In this document: piece after piece, positions 61,414 to 64,000 of the stretch
Layout: each line of letters opens with the position of its first letter
Numbering within the stretch: the stretch's first letter is position 1
Source of the DNA: Spirochaetia bacterium
Lineage (GTDB): Bacteria; Spirochaetota; Spirochaetia; G963692905
Length of the DNA stretch: 64,000 nt
Assembly: GCA_965220165.1 (NCBI GenBank)
Contig: CBDCPJ010000054.1
Coordinates: 321,708-385,707 of the forward strand
Direction of reading: 5' to 3'
Program-made: the position numbers and the translations under genes
Notes under the pieces: generated by a model
What the model was told of the DNA's origin: nothing
Database searches by the model: none
Seen by the model: only the letters and a program-made list of their open reading frames with translations

Positions 61414-63627
61414 TTGAGAGCTATGGAGTTATTTCCCAACACATTGGCGAAGCGAGAGGAAGGCGGCGCGATCCATATGTTTCTTAACACTCCGCGGGGA
61501 TTAAGCGACTGGTCTGTTGATACCCTTGGCAAACGACGAGAATTGCAGATTGCTTCGGCATATCAAAATTGGGGCGTCGTTTGTTGCGGAGATGTCTCGG
61601 AATCGCTAGCCATTAGACCATCAGAACAGCCGCGCGATTATTCAGAATACTCCTCGCGCCTGCCCGCTCAAACTCGTTCGAACGTCGCGAGACATCAGCA
61701 CACTCTTCGCGGGGGCTTTATATTTTCATGCCGCGAAACCGGCGAAGCTCATTTTGACAGCCCATTTATCGGTGGATTCCGTCTTATTCGCCTGCTAAAA
61801 AAAGCTAACGATACGCCATATCAAAAAAATAGCGCTGATCGCGATCGCCTCGCTTCATCGCTATACTTCGCCACTTCTGACGCTCTTGTTTTCAGGCGCC
61901 GCTATGGCGATACCATGTATCAAGCTCATTTATACTGTTCTACCGCCGAAGCATTGTATAGCCGGGAAATTCTTCTTCGCTTTCCTCCGGGAGATCATCT
62001 CCTTTCGCTCACTATATCAATGATAGGAAATTGGCGCGAGCAAGATTTACAACCTATCGAACAAGAAGCGCCCAAATTGCTCAATCAAAATATCGCGTGT
62101 CGCTATCATGCGATGGCCGCGGAGATTCGAGATGTCGCGAGTACCCAGCTGGAAAGCATTGCCATGCTAGCGCGAAACGATTCGTTTTTGGCGGGCGCGC
62201 CGCGTTTTCTCAGCTACTTTGGGCGAGATACGTTGCTTTTTCTCTCCGCTTTATGCGGCATACTTTCAGACAAGGTTATTGAACGGGCTTTTTACTCGCT
62301 GTTGAGCCGCATTTCAGAAAATGGGCAAGTATCGCATGAGGAAATGATGGGCGAATTCGCGTCCTTATCTTCGACAAAATCGCGCCGCGCCGTCTCTCAT
62401 GACTTCGGTAGGAACAACGAGCCGATTCAAGACTACACAATGGTAGACGACGATTTTCTGCTTCCCGCCGTCTTGTCGCAATGTCTCGACCAGCACAGGG
62501 CGCCCATCAGTCGGTTGCTGTCCAACACAATCGAAGCGAATGGGAAAACGGCAACGGGATTTGACCTGCTCGCCACCAACCTTCTCTATTGCCGTCGACA
62601 AATGCTCCGAGGGTTGGTCCCATACTGTAAACAATCGCCTGTGGGAGACTGGCGAGACTCTCTTTGCGAACAGCGTATTTGCTATAGCTACGAGGTTAAT
62701 GTCGGACTCGCGCAGGCCGCGCAGGCGACAGAAAAGGCTTTATTTCGGCAATTCCCCTCGCTTATGGCGAGCATGGAGCGCATGTCCGCGGGACGCGGAG
62801 AGACCCGAGCGAACTTTCAATGGTCGACATCGCTCATAGATCGATTGAACGAACAGTTGGAAGCATTTTGCGTTTCTGAAACGCTTGCCAATGTTGATCA
62901 AAAGGTAGATCAGTGGCTACAAGAAGCAAATTTTAGCGACGTTGAACGAGAAATTCTTGTCTACCGGCTACGCGAGCATATTATGCCATTGTTGCCAAAT
63001 ACTTTGCGAGCAAATCGACAAGATTATTCATTTTATGCGTTAGCATTGCATCATGACTTTACCCCTCTAGAAATTCAACATAACGACGTAGCTTTTCGTC
63101 TTTTGTTCGGCGATCCTTCTCAAGAGGAATTAGATATGATCTTATTGCCATTGGAAACCTATTTTCCGTTGGGTCTGAGAACCGATGCTGGAATGCTGAT
63201 ATCCAACCCTCTTTTCTATCGCGATAGCCAATTTCGTTGCCATCTTGATAGAGAGCACTACCATGGATTGGTAATCTGGCCGCTGATGCATATATTGCTG
63301 ATGCGCGGAATAGAACGACAGATTGATCGCCGCGATCTTGCCGCGGACTATAAACAAAGACTTCTGTCTCTGTATCGATGGTTAAACAACATAACGCTGA
63401 AAATACCGCAATTCGCGACCACCGAACTCTATACTTTTACCGTCTCCCCGAATGGCGAGCGACCATGCGCCTTTATTCGCAAAGGAGACCGCGTGCGTTC
63501 GAATCCCGCGCAACTCTGGAGTTGCTCAAGCTTTGCTGGATTTATCTCAGCAAGAGATGACATGCTGGCTCCGCGCGAATTGACCGCGGATCCAATTCGT
63601 AAAGGCGATATTACACCATTTCATTGA
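61414..63627 (+). CDS. Putative (alpha/alpha)6-barrel glycoside hydrolase, amylo-alpha-1,6-glucosidase (GDE_C)/GH63-like family
   Basis: 737-aa protein with the FGRDTL motif (RFLSYFGRDTLLFLSA) characteristic of GDE_C/GH63-type enzymes. Divergently adjacent to a sugar ABC transporter locus. Confidence 0.45.
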   Translation: MRAMELFPNTLAKREEGGAIHMFLNTPRGLSDWSVDTLGKRRELQIASAYQNWGVVCCGDVSESLAIRPSEQPRDYSEYSSRLPAQTRSNVARHQHTLRGGFIFSCRETGEAHFDSPFIGGFRLIRLLKKANDTPYQKNSADRDRLASSLYFATSDALVFRRRYGDTMYQAHLYCSTAEALYSREILLRFPPGDHLLSLTISMIGNWREQDLQPIEQEAPKLLNQNIACRYHAMAAEIRDVASTQLESIAMLARNDSFLAGAPRFLSYFGRDTLLFLSALCGILSDKVIERAFYSLLSRISENGQVSHEEMMGEFASLSSTKSRRAVSHDFGRNNEPIQDYTMVDDDFLLPAVLSQCLDQHRAPISRLLSNTIEANGKTATGFDLLATNLLYCRRQMLRGLVPYCKQSPVGDWRDSLCEQRICYSYEVNVGLAQAAQATEKALFRQFPSLMASMERMSAGRGETRANFQWSTSLIDRLNEQLEAFCVSETLANVDQKVDQWLQEANFSDVEREILVYRLREHIMPLLPNTLRANRQDYSFYALALHHDFTPLEIQHNDVAFRLLFGDPSQEELDMILLPLETYFPLGLRTDAGMLISNPLFYRDSQFRCHLDREHYHGLVIWPLMHILLMRGIERQIDRRDLAADYKQRLLSLYRWLNNITLKIPQFATTELYTFTVSPNGERPCAFIRKGDRVRSNPAQLWSCSSFAGFISARDDMLAPRELTADPIRKGDITPFH

Positions 63628-63659
63628 CCGCCGCGTAGAGCGCAATTATAATAGAGAGC

Positions 63660-64000
63660 ATGCGCCATAAGCGAAATGAATTGCCTCAAGAAGATGAAAT
63701 CAAAAATATAACTGTCTCGCTTCCCTCTATTGCAGGTCTTACACCTCGGCAATACACGCCGGCTACGTTGTGCTTTTTCGCTCTGGTTCTCTTGTTTATT
63801 TTGTTGCTGTTGCCGGGTTTGATTAATTATGGGTCTGTTGTACTGTTCGAATCAGAACCTGAAGGCGCCGCTATTTATCTTAATGGCGAACGCATTGGTT
63901 CTACTACTCTAAAGAGATTTGTTGAAACAGGAGAACACCTGGTCGAATTTCGACGTCCTTACCACGAATCTGAAACGTTTCAAATAAATTTGGACGGGCG
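63660..64000 (+). CDS. PEGA-domain membrane protein, partial (runs off the right edge)
   Basis: ATG at 63660. TM segment (LCFFALVLLFILLLLPGL). A literal PEGA motif context (VVLFESEPEGAAIYLNGERIGSTT). The frame is open to the window end. Confidence 0.55.
   Translation, partial: MRHKRNELPQEDEIKNITVSLPSIAGLTPRQYTPATLCFFALVLLFILLLLPGLINYGSVVLFESEPEGAAIYLNGERIGSTTLKRFVETGEHLVEFRRPYHESETFQINLDG

Overview
This window is a 64-kb chromosomal segment that looks like a spirochaete (Treponema-like) genome, or possibly another diderm lineage with the clpS-clpA-aat system; that assignment is inferred from gene content only. I find no CRISPR array, no transposase, integrase or phage genes, no rRNA, and nothing resembling a defence island. 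Most of the window is core housekeeping.

From 5' to 3' on the + strand:
- Minus strand, 1-11.7 kb: prs, rluB, scpB, scpA, folK and recA; a 1.4-kb AT-rich ORF-free spacer; three lineage-specific secreted TPR/hypothetical proteins; and rnc.
- Plus strand, 12.4-14.5 kb: flgF-like, flgG, and a single-domain flgJ encoding only the rod-binding domain.
- 14.5-17.2 kb: a 2.7-kb stretch with no recognizable genes.
- 17.2-20.2 kb: an SDR oxidoreductase divergent from a squalene/phytoene-synthase gene overlapping a polyprenyl synthetase, forming a small isoprenoid cluster.
- Minus strand, 20.2-30.1 kb: truB-rbfA-infB-nusA, tRNA-Val, then csrA-fliW-flgL-flgK-flgN, with flgK frameshifted.
- 30.2-55.9 kb: an HExxH lipoprotein; clpS-clpA-aat; aroG-type DAHP synthase; asnS; an M29 aminopeptidase; a PpiD-like gene; a Maf/DUF115-like gene; lepA; an htrA-like protease; a repeat-containing secreted protein; ftsH-tilS-pth-rplY; tRNA-Gln; and rny-ymdB.
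- 55.9-64.0 kb: a sugar ABC-uptake locus with two permeases and two tandem paralogous solute-binding proteins, divergent from a large GDE_C/GH63-like glycoside hydrolase, then a truncated PEGA-domain gene.

Base composition is uneven. The first ~25 kb has AT-rich genes and very AT-rich spacers, with only the most conserved genes near 50% GC. The last ~33 kb is uniformly GC-richer and tightly packed. I flag this as a possible misjoin or regional heterogeneity.

The most unusual content is:
- the isoprenoid cluster next to the decayed 2.7-kb region;
- the interrupted flgK;
- a Maf/DUF115-like protein;
- GC-rich structured non-coding segments;
- several non-canonical or ambiguous starts.

All functional calls come from motif recognition in the translated ORFs; no database searches were run.
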